In this document: piece after piece, positions 1 to 11,026 of the stretch | Numbering within the stretch: position 1 is the stretch's first letter | Layout of the letters: every line of letters begins with the position of its first letter | Position numbers and translations under genes: made by a program | NCBI GenBank assembly: GCA_918797485.1 | Contig: CAKKNE010000001.1 | Span: 4,774,001 to 4,838,000 of the forward strand | Origin: Pelagomonas calceolata | Lineage: Eukaryota | Direction of reading: 5' to 3' | DNA: 64,000 bases | Notes under the pieces: generated by a model | The model's database searches: none | What the model was told of the DNA's origin: nothing | The model's input: the letters and a program-made list of their open reading frames with translations, nothing else

Positions 1-161
1 GCGGAGGCGGCGGCGGCGGCGGCGGGCGCGGCCGCGGCAAGGGGGGCAAGGGCGGCCGCGGCCGCGGCGGCAAGGGCAAGGGCCGCGGCAAGGGCGGCTT
101 CGGGCGGGGCAAGGGCTCCCCTGGCGGCGGGAGAGGGCGGGGGCGCGGGCGCGGCTGGTGA
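1..161 (+). CDS. 3' end of a gene with a Gly/Arg-rich (RGG/GAR) C-terminal tail; 5' part lies outside the window
   Basis: Frame from nt 3 reads GGGGGGGGRGRGKGGKGGRGRGGKGKGRGKGGFGRGKGSPGGGRGRGRGRGW, TGA at 159-161; typical of nucleolar/RNA-binding proteins. Confidence 0.7.
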   Translation, partial: GGGGGGGGRGRGKGGKGGRGRGGKGKGRGKGGFGRGKGSPGGGRGRGRGRGW

Positions 162-218
162 GTCGTCGGTCGCGAGGCTCGTAAACAAGCTACGAATAGA
201 TTCTTACAACATAAGCGA

Positions 219-1613
219 CTAGTAGTCCTCCTCTTCACGTCTGCGGCGGCGCTCCGCGAGTTCGTCGGCCGAGAGCTGGCCGCGACACGAAAAGAAGCTG
301 TCCGGCGGGATGAACTGGTCGCGGAGGTCCACGGAATACGGGAGCGTTTGCCAACCCCGTTTCGGGCGCGGCGGCGGTCGCAAGGCGGCCTCCGGGTCTT
401 CTGAGTAGGACGGCGGCCTTTTCCATACATCAGCCCAGGTCTTTCCGCGAGGCGGGTTTTCCGCTGCCTGCATGTGGAGGGTACAAGAGTCCGGGAGATT
501 CTCACAGAGAAGGCTCGGATCCAGATCCACATGGAAGTGGGCTGGATCGAAGCCGAGGACCAGGTGCCTCACGGTCGTCGGCACCTCCTCGAAATCTTCA
601 TACCCAATGGGCCAGCAAGTGTGGTCCAGGCGGTCGGCCTCGATGGCTAGAAATTCCAAGGACGGCGCGAACCGCTGAAGCCCTTTGAATATTTCCTCGA
701 AGAGTTCTCCAGTACCAGCATCGATCGAAATCCCGAGCGACACCAGATTATTCATCGAGGCGGGCTGCTGCATTTGCACCTTCAACGCGCCCCAGCAAAT
801 CCAGCCGACCGACGTGAACTGTTGCAGCAGATCGACGCCAACTACTTGAGACACGTGCGAGAGCGCCGGCCGTTGCTCTCGCTCCTCTCCATATCGAGCT
901 GCGCCGATGGGAGAATCAAATGCCTCTAGCATTGAGAAATTTTCGACGGCCTTGAACACGCGCAGGATGCTTTCCAGCGAGAGATGATATGGCTCTATTA
1001 TTCCGTCGTGAAAACGCGACTGTCCGAGGCCCGGCAAGCGGTCCACGACGAGCGTCTTCGCCGCGAGTAGCGGCGCGAAGTTTCGTGCAAATGGAAACGG
1101 TACTGGAGACTGCGGCGGAGGCAATGGCAGCGCCGCGTCGCCAAAATCGAAATTTTGCGGCCTCCCTCGAATGTCGAAAGAGAACTGGACTCGCTGGAGC
1201 CGCGGAAAGTCCAGCCCAGAGAAGACGCGCCAGGCCTCGAGAAGCAGTCTCTCTTCTGCCGTGGGCGATTCGGGCACGAATTGTTCGGCGAATGCCCACT
1301 GGTGGAAGTCCATCACGACACACGTCGTGTGCCTTTGGAGCCGTGCGAGTAGCATCGGCGAGAGACGCGGCAGGTCCGTGAGTCTTAGAAGATTCGCGCG
1401 CTGGCCGTGGTGCGGCATACGATTTGTAGCTTCCCGCCAACCGAAATTATAAGGGTCAAACACGCGCGTGCCGTCCATGTGGAAGGTCCAGTGCTGCCAG
1501 AGCGCCGCAGATTGAGACGCTTGCGACCATTCCTTCGAGGTGCACGCTGCCAAGCAGCGGTCCGCAATGCCGAGCCAGTCGAGAGCACCACGGCCGCCCG
1601 TGGGGTCAGTCAT
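219..1613 (-). CDS. Hypothetical protein, possibly degenerate LRR/F-box-like
   Basis: Long ORF (open from GTG at 1673; first ATG at 1613); LxxL-type spacing (APSLEFLAIE, TVRHLVLG); no confident family. Confidence 0.55.
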   Translation of the reverse strand: MTDPTGGRGALDWLGIADRCLAACTSKEWSQASQSAALWQHWTFHMDGTRVFDPYNFGWREATNRMPHHGQRANLLRLTDLPRLSPMLLARLQRHTTCVVMDFHQWAFAEQFVPESPTAEERLLLEAWRVFSGLDFPRLQRVQFSFDIRGRPQNFDFGDAALPLPPPQSPVPFPFARNFAPLLAAKTLVVDRLPGLGQSRFHDGIIEPYHLSLESILRVFKAVENFSMLEAFDSPIGAARYGEEREQRPALSHVSQVVGVDLLQQFTSVGWICWGALKVQMQQPASMNNLVSLGISIDAGTGELFEEIFKGLQRFAPSLEFLAIEADRLDHTCWPIGYEDFEEVPTTVRHLVLGFDPAHFHVDLDPSLLCENLPDSCTLHMQAAENPPRGKTWADVWKRPPSYSEDPEAALRPPPRPKRGWQTLPYSVDLRDQFIPPDSFFSCRGQLSADELAERRRRREEEDY

Positions 1614-1726
1614 TGCAAAGGAATGGGCAGGCGTGAGCAGCGCAGCCGTGGATGCGTCTGTGAGCGGCTGCACGCTCGCGCAGTGTTGCTAGGCTCCGTT
1701 TTTTTGGTGCTCGGCGGCCCAGCCAA

Positions 1727-1749
1727 GCTAGCGGCATGTAAGACACTAG
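1727..1749 (+). promoter_or_regulatory. CTAG-bounded intergenic motif copy 1 (GCTAGCGGCATGTAAGACACTAG)
   Basis: Near-identical copies in seven other promoter-side gaps. Confidence 0.6.
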
Positions 1750-1774
1750 AAAAAGGAAGATTTATCAACAACAG

Positions 1775-2809
1775 TTACGCCATCGCCTTCGCGGCCGCCG
1801 CGACGAAGACAGCCGCCTCCTCGAGGTCTCGTCCGAGCAGCGCGCAGGCCTTGGCGTTGTCGGTACTAGGCTTCTTGGGCTTGAGCGCCGCGACCTTCTC
1901 GTCGGCGCGCCATTTCGCCAAGTCTACGCCCGCGGACTGATCTGGCGCGTGCTCTTTCAGGAGCTCCGCGATGTCTAGAGTAGAGAACTGGTCCCGCGAA
2001 CACACGAGGTAACGCTCACCAGCCGTCGAAGCCTCTTTCAACCCAGCGACATGAACCGCCGCCACGTCCGTAGTACTGCAAAGGCCGAACATGGATGGCA
2101 CGACCGCGCCATCCAATATCTGCTTCAGCAACAACATAGTAGATGACGCGCGCTGGCCCGGGAGCAGCGGCCCCAGCACGACCGCTGGATGAACCGTAGT
2201 CACGTCGTACTTGTCGGCGTGCTGAGCGGCGAGCTCCCAGGCCTTGGCCTCGGCGGCGGTCTTGCCCTTCGAATACCCAGTCTGCGGCGCGTCGTTTTTG
2301 TCGAGCTCGGACCACAAATGATCAGGATTCTTCTCGCGTTGCGAGCCACAGATCGACGCCATCGTCGCCGTGACCACAACTCTGCGGACAGTCCCGGCTT
2401 CGGCCGCAAAGCGCAGCGCGCGCTCCGTGCCCTCGACGGCCTGCGAGATCATGACGTCTTCGGGAGTGTTTCCAGCGATATCTACAGGTGACGCCACGTG
2501 AGCCAGGCCCACACACCCAGCCATCGCCTCGGCCCAGCCCTCGTCCGACAGCAGGTCCGGCACTCGCAAGAGCTCGCAGCCCATGGCTCGCAGGAATTCG
2601 TTCTTCTCGGCCGACGTTTCCCGCACGGCGGCGCGCACGCTGTAGCCCTCCTTGCGCAGCTGATTGGCGACGTTGGCGCCGACTAGGCCGGATGCGCCGG
2701 TCACCAAGACAGGGCCGGAGCTAGGTGTCACTGTGCGCGGCGCTGCCATGGCTGCAGCCAGTGTGAGCGCTGTGGAGAACGAAGTTGCCACAGCGATGGC
2801 GCAGCGCAT
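1775..2809 (-). CDS. NAD(P)-dependent epimerase/dehydratase (DFR/CCR/GRE2-like extended SDR)
   Basis: VLVTGASGLVG Rossmann motif, HVASP, catalytic YSKGK (YxxxK), HPAVVLGP; start at 2809 or 2749. Confidence 0.9.
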   Translation of the reverse strand: MRCAIAVATSFSTALTLAAAMAAPRTVTPSSGPVLVTGASGLVGANVANQLRKEGYSVRAAVRETSAEKNEFLRAMGCELLRVPDLLSDEGWAEAMAGCVGLAHVASPVDIAGNTPEDVMISQAVEGTERALRFAAEAGTVRRVVVTATMASICGSQREKNPDHLWSELDKNDAPQTGYSKGKTAAEAKAWELAAQHADKYDVTTVHPAVVLGPLLPGQRASSTMLLLKQILDGAVVPSMFGLCSTTDVAAVHVAGLKEASTAGERYLVCSRDQFSTLDIAELLKEHAPDQSAGVDLAKWRADEKVAALKPKKPSTDNAKACALLGRDLEEAAVFVAAAAKAMA

Positions 2810-2864
2810 GTGTGTCTGAGAGCCCTTTTGAGCAGCGCTGCGATGCAGACGCGCTGCCAAGCTT

Positions 2865-2886
2865 GCTAGCGGCAGTAAGACACTAG
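2865..2886 (+). promoter_or_regulatory. CTAG-bounded intergenic motif copy 2 (GCTAGCGGCAGTAAGACACTAG)
   Basis: In the divergent gap between the SDR and ATRX-like genes. Confidence 0.6.
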
Positions 2887-3108
2887 GAAGCCAGAGTCAA
2901 GCTTTGCTGGGCGCTGGAGAAGCACCAGAGGCCGCAGCGGCACGCAGAACCGCTGTGGTAGTGACCTGACGTCATACCTCGAGCCCTACGACGAAGACGG
3001 CACGCGTAGAGACGGCGTAACCGCAGAGCGGGAACGCTCGGCTCACAGCAGTGACCGCCTCCTCGCGACGCGCGCAAGCGCACGGCTCGAGATTTCAAGA
3101 GTATAGCG

Positions 3109-6100
3109 ATGGAAGTAGAAGCGCCGCCCAGCGAGACAGGGCTCGCGGCCGTAGACCGGGAGCCGTGCCAGGGCCGCGCCGGGTCGCCGTCACGCAAGGA
3201 CGCCATGGACGTCAGCAACTGCGCGCCGGCGCCGGCGACCGTAACCGAAGCCGCGCCGGTCGCCGCCGCCGCCATGGACGTCGACGCCGACCAAAAAGAC
3301 GTCCTGTGCACCGTCTGCGCACTGACGCTCCCACCTTGTCTGCCATGCCTCCCCCACCCGCGCCTCGAAGGCAAGATCGACGTGGCCTGCTGCGGCGTCT
3401 GTGCCGACGAATTGGAGCAGGCCGACGAGGACGATGAGGACGACGACGCCTGCGCCTGGTGCGACGACGGCGGCGAGCTCCTTGTCTGCGACGGCTGCGA
3501 GCGGGCCTTTTGCCGAAATTGTTTACAAAGGCACTGCGGCGCGTCGTACGTAGAACAAGCTTTAAGTGCGGACGAGTGGGACGGGCCCTGCTGCCGGCCG
3601 CCGCCGGCCGTCGAGTCCTTGGTCGCCGCGGCGGCCCCGCGGCTGGCCGACGAGTCGGACGAGGAAGAGGACTCAATAAAAGCCGAGGCGCGGCTCCTGG
3701 CCATCGAGAGCGAGCTCGCAGCGGCCCAGGAGGCTCTGGAGGAGGAGACCGTGGAGCGCCAGAAGGCTGAGATTCGAGGCGAGCTCGCCACGACACATAC
3801 TGATGATCTCGACGAGTTGGTGGACGCGGAGCTGGCCGAGTGGACGCGGCTCTGCGAGAAGCGGCTGGCGAACTGCGAGCGGGAGCACGCGCACGCGCAG
3901 GACCGGGCGGAGCGCGCAGGCGTCGACCTCGGGGCGTTCTACGCGGCCCTCGCGGCGGCCGACTCGTCGGTAAATTGCGACACGGACGCCTGGCGCCGCG
4001 CGCCGAAGTTGGCCTTGAGACGCAACGGGCGCGTGAGGGAGGCCGCGACCGGCGAGCAAATGGACGACGCGAGCGACGACGACGTCGCGTCCTACGAAAG
4101 CATAGAGGACGCGATCGCACGTAAAGAAGTCAACGAAGCGAACAAGGCCCTCGCGGAGGCGCGGCCGGTCAAGAAGAAGCGGGGCGCCGACGGCTCGGTC
4201 AAGCTCCAATGCATCGGCGCCGACGGCTCCAAGGCGGCCTATGGTGGCGCGGCGGGATTCGAGGACATGCGCAGGAAGCAATTGGGCGAGGCCGTCTTCG
4301 AGCGGGTCTATGCCTCCACGAAGCCCCAGAAATCACGAGAAGATGTATCTGACATCGACGGCGAGGATGAGGTGGAGGACCTGTATGAAGGTACGGACAA
4401 CCCTGATTATACTGGTAGTAGAGTCACCTCACAAATGGTCGCCGCCGCGCTCGAAGCCGAGGACGCGAAGCAAGCAAGACGGCCCGTTTCAAGAAGGGAG
4501 AAGAGTGACCGCGACGAAGACGAGGCCGGGAAAGGGAAAAGACGGCCTCGCGCTAGGAAACCTAGGAAGAAAGTACAACGAGAGTCCATCCCTCGGGACG
4601 GCGCGGCGTGTTTGGTGTTGGTGCCGGCGCGCGGCGGCGAACCTCGAAGGATGCAAGCCGTCGCGCCCGACGCTTCGCTCATTCTGGGCCGGGACTACAG
4701 CGACTCGAAGCCACCTGATAATTTCTTCGCGGCGTGCAGTAACGAGAAATGCACCAAAATCTCCCGGAGTTTAGTCAGGATCGAGACGAAGGACAACAAA
4801 ATCACCGTCGCGAACCTCGCGAAAAAAGATACGCAGCGCGTTTTGTTGGACGGCGTCGTCGTCAAATTCGACGCGCCCGTTCCAGTAACAGGGACGGCGC
4901 CGTTACATCTAGGTAGTGCCCTCGTGTGTAAAGAGGGAGGCGACGTCCGCGCGTACGTCGTCACGCCGACCGACGATAAATTCTTATTACCGGTTGATGA
5001 CGGTTTTGACTTTGCGGATGATGATCATGACAAGAAAAGAGGAAGGGAGCCGTCGGGCGCCGCCGACGACCCCATCTGCCTCGAGGGCGACGAGGGCGCC
5101 GCGGAGGACGACTTGTTTGCGCGTAAGAAGAAGAAGAAGAAGGTCGGCGCCCCGTGTGGAAATCAAAACTTTACGGCGTGGCGATGCCGGTTCCTCACCG
5201 CGAGAACCCGACTCACTGGTTGGTTTCCACACAGGTCGCGATAACCATCGACGACGATGATGTGGAAGCGGCCACGTCGAAGGCGCGGGAGGCGGAGCGG
5301 CGGAAGCGTGAAAGATTAGCGAGGGATGACGGCGAGGGCTGGCTCGCGACGGCGCCGAAACAGGCCGCCGACGCGGAATTGCGAGAAGTAGACTTAGCTT
5401 GCGAAGACTTGGACGTGCCGACGATCCAATTGACGGATGACGTCGCGTTCCCTCGATATCTTGGGCATGCATTGAAGCAGCATCAGGTCGAGGCGTGCAA
5501 GTTTATATATGCTCAAACGATAGAGTCTTTACGAGCGCTAGAAACGGGTTCGCAGGACGACGCGCCGCTCGGCTGTGTTCTGGCCCATTCCATGGGTCTC
5601 GGGAAGAGCTTGACGTGCATCGCTTATCTGTCGGCGTTGATGCGTAATTCAAGAGCTCGAGCACATATCTCCAAAGCACTCATAGTGTGTCCTACGAACG
5701 TCGTGTACAACTGGCGTTCCGAAGTCGAAAAGTGGTGCAAGAGAGATGAACCTTTAAGGAAGAAAATCTTCATGATCGATAGCAAGGCCGGCCCGGAAGG
5801 TAGATTGAGGAACCTCGAAGCGTGGCTGCGCACGGGCGGTTTAGCTATTGTAGGGTACGACACCATGGCCGCCATGTGCAAGGACATAAAACCGAAGAAG
5901 GATGAAGATCCGAGACAGTTCGAGTATCGACAGGAGGACTTGCAGAGAGCTAGACGTTGTTTGCAGGATCCAGGTCCTGATGTTTTAGTCCTGGACGAAG
6001 CCCACGGCCTCAAGAATTCTAGATCCCACAAGCACCAGGTCATCTCGGCCGTGAGGACGAAGCGACGAGTGGCACTGACGGGAACACCCCTCCAAAATAA

Positions 6101-8549
6101 TCTGATGGAGTACCACGTCATGGTGTCTCTCGTGAGGGGTCCCGTGCTTGGTAGTTCTGCGGAGTTCAAGAAGCGCTTCCAGGACCCTATTGACAATGGT
6201 TTGATGGTCGACAGCGAGCCGCGAGACGTCAAGCGCATGAAGCGTCGCTTATTTGTTTTGAACAAGGAGATCAAGGACTTTGTGTTGCGGCGGGACGAGA
6301 CGTTACTCGCGCGCGAATGCCCGGGCAAGACCGAATACTTAGTTGTAGCTAAGTTACAACCTCTCCAACGACGGTTGTACGAAGGGTATTTTAGGGTAGC
6401 CAAACCCAAGGCCGTCGAGGCGCACATGGCGTTGTTGCGGCTCGGCAACCACCCGTCGACGCACCTCTGCAACGACAACAAGGTCGGTCACGCTCTGTTG
6501 AATAGGAGGCCGTCGCCGGTACCCGTAAGTGAGGGATGGGACTGGGCGCACGAGACCGATCAATTGCTAGATGGTAGCGATGCGGGAGCCGCGTCTTTAT
6601 CTTCCAAAGTAGTACTGTTCTTAGAAATACTAACGGAAAGTTTGGAGCGCGGCGACAAGGTCGTCGTGTTTACGCAGTCACTAGCTACCTTGAGCTATTT
6701 GACACACGTGCTCCAGACGGACACCTGGGGCAATTATTTGCCACAGAAAGATGACAAGCGAGGTGCTTGGCAGAACGAGACGGAGTTCTTCAGTATTCAG
6801 GGCGGCGACTCGGCGCAGGAGCGGCAGCGGCTCGTGGAGAAGTTTGAAAGTTGCAAGGATCGGGCTCGCTTGTTTCTGTTATCTACCAAAGCGGGCAACG
6901 TCGGCATCAACCTCGTATCAGCTAACAGGGTGGTATTGTTTGATACGTCGTGGAATCCCGCGCAAGACCGCCAGGCGCTGTTCCGATGTTTTAGGTTTGG
7001 CCAGGACAAGCACGTGTACATTTATAGATTGGTCGCGGAGGGGTTTGAGAAGCGCGTGCACGCGCGGGCGGCGCAGAAGAACTTTCTAGCTTTGCGCGTG
7101 GTGGACGACAAGGCGTTCGAGCGGATGTATAATGGGGACGAGCTGGGGAACGCCATGAGATTAGAAGAAGGTCCCATGCGCGTCGACTCGGCGTCGGACG
7201 ATGATGAAGAAGAAGATCAAGTGGAGGCGCCGCCGGAGCCGCCGGAGGATGCAGTGCTGGCCGCAGTTCTAGAGAGGCGGTCATCGATGGTCGCGTCGGC
7301 CATCGCCACTGATACCTTACTGGTTGAAAATGATGCTGAACGTCTAGAAAAGGGCGAGGAGGCCGACGCCATCGACGAGTACGAGCGCGAGCGCGACGGG
7401 CGGCCGACGCGCGCCGAGGAGGAGCGGCGCGCCGAGATCCGACGCCAGTACGAGGCGGAGGCGGCGCAGCGCGAGGCTGCGGCGCGGGAAGCGCGGGAGC
7501 GCGCCGAGCGCGAGAAGCGGGCGCCGCTGCCCGCTGGCTGGAGGCGGTACGGGAACACGCGGCCGAATGCTGCAGTCAAGCCGTACTATTATCATAACGC
7601 CGAGTTACGCACAGCAGGCGCGCCACCCAGCATTCACACGATCTGGGCGCACCCCGGGCTGACGCCGCCCGAGCCTTGGGTGCCGCCCGCGCCCGCGCCC
7701 GCCGCCCACACCCTGGCCGCCAACGCGCCCTTTGACGCGGCCGCGCCCTTGGTGGCGGCGCTGGCGACGCTACCTGCGCCCGCGCCGGCCGTGGCGGCGC
7801 CGACGGTGCCGACCTGGCCGGCGCCCGCGCCCGCGCCGTTCGCGATGCCGACGGCGTTGAACGTGGCGGCGCCAGGAGGGCGGCGCCAGGCGGCGCCGTT
7901 CGCGGCGCCGGCGGCGGCAGCAGCGGCCCTCGACGCCTCGATCGCGATGCTGGCGCGGCCCGACGCGACGCCGCCGCGCGGGGCCTCGATCGACCTCACG
8001 GCGGAGGAGAGTCCCGGCCTGGAATGCGTGCCGCGGAAAGTAGCGCGCGCCTCGACCGGCAGCCGGGTCACGGACAGGAAGGCGCTGGAGGAGCGCATGG
8101 CCGCCGACGGCTGGACCAAGGAGGAGAAGCAGCGCGAGGGCTCTGCCACCGTCGACAAGTACTGGATCGATCCTAATGGAGGCAAGAAGTGCCGCTCGAT
8201 CATCGAGGTCGCCCGGCGCGCCTATCCCGAATACGTCTCCGAGTCGGCGGCGGCGACCAGAACCGCAAAGAAGTCGCTGGAAGACCTCATCGGCGAGCGG
8301 CTCATCGCGCCGGGCCCCATCGTCTTCTCCTGGCCGATGACTGGGGAGGTCCGCGTCCGCGCCGAGGGGATACTGAACGCGAGCGGCAAGATCTGGTATG
8401 AAGGCAACGAGTACGTGCCCACCGGATTCGCGCGGCGCGCCTTCCAAGCCTGCAACGTGGATCCCTCGGCGACGGGGACGACGTTCATCAACGGCTACGA
8501 CTACCTCACCATGAAGGGGAGTGGCGTGCGCATCAAGGATCTGAGGTAG
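3109..8549 (+). CDS. ATRX: ATRX-like SNF2 chromatin remodeler; exons 3109-5142 and 5235-8549
   Basis: ADD/PHD zinc finger (CAWCDDGGELLVCDGCERAFCRNC), SNF2 motifs AHSMGLGKS, LDEAH, LTGTPLQNN, FDTSWNP, RCFRFGQ; the two ORFs join in phase 0 across a GT-AG intron. Confidence 0.9.
5143..5234 (+). mobile_element. Introner-type spliceosomal intron (92 nt) with terminal inverted repeats
   Basis: GT at 5143, CAG ending at 5234; GTGTGGAAATCA (5154-5165) vs TGGTTTCCACAC (5221-5232), 11/12 inverted match; GTCG at intron start recurs at exon restart; CTCAC just before the 3' TIR. Confidence 0.8.
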
Positions 8550-8565
8550 TGTGTAAGAAGTGTGA

Positions 8566-10242
8566 TTACCAAAGAGCAGTCTTCTGCTGCGACCGGTCGA
8601 ACCCCCGATTGTTGTGGCGGAGGATCCGCGCCTCGGCCGCGGACATGTCCTTCGCGGACGGCGGCGGCGGCGGCTTGAACGCGTTGGCGGCGATCGCGGC
8701 TGCCCGGATCGTCGGCGGGTCCGGTGCCACACTCTTATCGGGCTGCAGGAAGTCCGCGTCGGGGTCCGGCCCGCGGCGCGCCCCTCGATTCCGTCCCGGC
8801 TCCTTCCCGAACGCGCGGTCGTGCCACTGCAACAACTTCTCGGCGTCCGTGTTCGGCCCGAGCGCGGCGAGGACTGGCGCGCCGCGCGCCTCGCGGAGCA
8901 TGCGGATGTGGTCCGTCGTGCCATCGACGATCGCGGCCAGCGCGGCGCAGCACCGCCACTTCGTGTCACCGTCAATCTTTTGCGCGGCACACGCGCCGAC
9001 GAGCGCCATGATGCCACCAAGGCGCGCGGCGCGTTGTTGATTCGTGAGGTGGTCGGTGCATGACGCTTGCAGCGCCGACGCCGCGGCGCCGAGGGGCCCG
9101 CCGGGCGCGGACCAGGCCGCGTCGACGGGACCGCCCGGCGCCCTTAGTAAATCGTCGCGGTGCGCGCCGAGGCCGACGCGCTTCCGCACGGCGTCGACGA
9201 GTAAGCGGACCGTGTCCTCCTTCTCGGCGGCGTCGCGGCCGGCCTCGTCCGTGCACAGCGCCGCGAGGACCTCGCATACGGACGCGTCGAGCGCGTCCTC
9301 CGTCGACGACACGAGGCGCCGCGTGCACGAGGCCACGGCGCCCGCCGAGAGGAAGGCCTTGCGGGCTTCCTCGTCCGCGACGCAGACGCTCCGGATGGCG
9401 TCGAGCGCCGCGCAGGACGCCATGGCGTCGCCGCCGTCGCAGGCCGCAGGAACCAGGATATGAGCGTACGGCGTGACTGAGGCGGCCGCGCCGCAGTCGT
9501 CGGTCAGGCTCCGCAGGGCCCGCGCGGCGGCCGCGGCCGCCGCGGCGTCGGCCTCGCCCGGCGCTCGTGACAAGCGCGCCGCCGCGCAGGCCGCCGACTT
9601 GGCCGCGCGTAGCGCGGTGTCCTCGTCAATGAGTTTTTTCGACGCCATATGAGCAATCAGCAACGCCGCGTCCCTTCTACATTGAGCCGGCGCGCGGTGG
9701 TACGCCGTCATTAGTCTAGCTGCCTCGTCGACGACGCACTCCACCGCGGAAACCGCTGCTACCCCATCCTCGCTGTTGTCGCAGACCGCGCGTAACGCCG
9801 CGACGGCCCGCGTCGCCAAATCAACGTCATCGGGCAAGCCTCGTTCGTCGGCCGGCGCCGCCGCGAGGCCTAAAGCTTTGACCAGCCGCTCGTCGCTACT
9901 CACCAAGGACGCTATTTCTTGAAACCGCATGCACCAGCCGCCGACAGCACCTGCTGCGGCGGCTCTTACAGAAGAAGGTTGCTGCGGGTCCTCGCACAAT
10001 GCTTTAATTGTGGGCAGCAGTCGCTTCGCGGCGGCGCCCTTCTCGGCGTCGCCGCGCGACCCGTTCCCGAGGTCGGCGGCGCTTGCAGCAAATCGTGTCA
10101 GTAATATGGTGACGGGGTCGTGCTCCTGGGGCGCGACGTCGCGCCAGGCCGCGCTGTTTGCCATGTGTTCACTCTCATAGTGCTCCTGCGGCGGGTCCGT
10201 GTAGGAGCCGTAGATGGCGGCGCGGTGCTTTGGGTTGAGCAT
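8566..10242 (-). CDS. Armadillo/HEAT-repeat protein
   Basis: 558 aa Ala/Leu-rich helical repeats (AFLSAGAVASCTRRL, ARLGGIMALVGAC, EARGAPVLAAL). Confidence 0.75.
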   Translation of the reverse strand: MLNPKHRAAIYGSYTDPPQEHYESEHMANSAAWRDVAPQEHDPVTILLTRFAASAADLGNGSRGDAEKGAAAKRLLPTIKALCEDPQQPSSVRAAAAGAVGGWCMRFQEIASLVSSDERLVKALGLAAAPADERGLPDDVDLATRAVAALRAVCDNSEDGVAAVSAVECVVDEAARLMTAYHRAPAQCRRDAALLIAHMASKKLIDEDTALRAAKSAACAAARLSRAPGEADAAAAAAAARALRSLTDDCGAAASVTPYAHILVPAACDGGDAMASCAALDAIRSVCVADEEARKAFLSAGAVASCTRRLVSSTEDALDASVCEVLAALCTDEAGRDAAEKEDTVRLLVDAVRKRVGLGAHRDDLLRAPGGPVDAAWSAPGGPLGAAASALQASCTDHLTNQQRAARLGGIMALVGACAAQKIDGDTKWRCCAALAAIVDGTTDHIRMLREARGAPVLAALGPNTDAEKLLQWHDRAFGKEPGRNRGARRGPDPDADFLQPDKSVAPDPPTIRAAAIAANAFKPPPPPSAKDMSAAEARILRHNNRGFDRSQQKTALW

Positions 10243-10522
10243 CGTTTTTCGGGCTGCCCTGTCTGTCGATGCGCCTTATGGGCTGCCCAAAGACAAGTGC
10301 GCAGGCAAACCGCTTGCCTGCTATTGTGTTACTGCTGTCGCGGCGGTTTGCGCCAGTTCGTTGGTTGCGCAGCCAAACCGTCCTAGTATGTAGCTCGCTG
10401 GCCTCACCTCTATAATCGCAAGGGAGAGCAGTCGCGCGATGCCTGTATTCACCAGCCATAGACCAGTCAGGCGATCGCTTATTATCGAGAGGTCAGCGCT
10501 TATTCCATTCATCAGTCATAGT

Positions 10523-11011
10523 ATGCTCGCACGCACTCACATCACTCTCAGCTTGCTGCTTTGCAGCAGTCATGCATTTGCGCCGCCGACGCGAGCGGTT
10601 GTGACTGCACCACAGCACGGGCGACGACCGCTGACGCGCACTTATGCGACGGAGTCCGACGAGGAGCTCGCGCTTTACGGTGCCGGGGGAGTGTTCGCGT
10701 CGGCGGTCGTGCTCTATAGTGAATTCACACTCAAAACGACGGGATGCGGCTTGCCCGCGGGACCCTTCGGCGCCGTCGGCGCGATCGAAGGCGTGTCTTA
10801 TCTCGCAGTGATCGGCATAGCAGGCGCGAGCCTCGCAACGAAGGTAAAAACGGGCTCGGGTCTGAAGGCGGGACCCGGAGGCCTCCTCGGCCTCGCCGAG
10901 GGACTCGCGTTCACAGCGATCGTAGTCGGGTTGGTGGTCCTCGCCTTCCAGTTTGCAGATTATGGATACCTGCCGAACGCGATTCCGGTCGAAGGAGGCC
11001 GTTGTGATTAA
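10523..11011 (+). CDS. Small plastid-targeted membrane protein, function unknown
   Basis: Signal peptide ending SHA-FAP (ASAFAP-type); two GPxGxxGxxEG repeats flanking hydrophobic helices. Confidence 0.75.
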   Translation: MLARTHITLSLLLCSSHAFAPPTRAVVTAPQHGRRPLTRTYATESDEELALYGAGGVFASAVVLYSEFTLKTTGCGLPAGPFGAVGAIEGVSYLAVIGIAGASLATKVKTGSGLKAGPGGLLGLAEGLAFTAIVVGLVVLAFQFADYGYLPNAIPVEGGRCD

Positions 11012-11026
11012 AACAAGTATTATTAA

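Noticed and set aside
5143..5234. Programmed frameshifts or pseudogenes at split ORFs (ATRX, DDX46, sulfatase)
   Set aside because: Each break is explained by an in-phase spliceosomal intron
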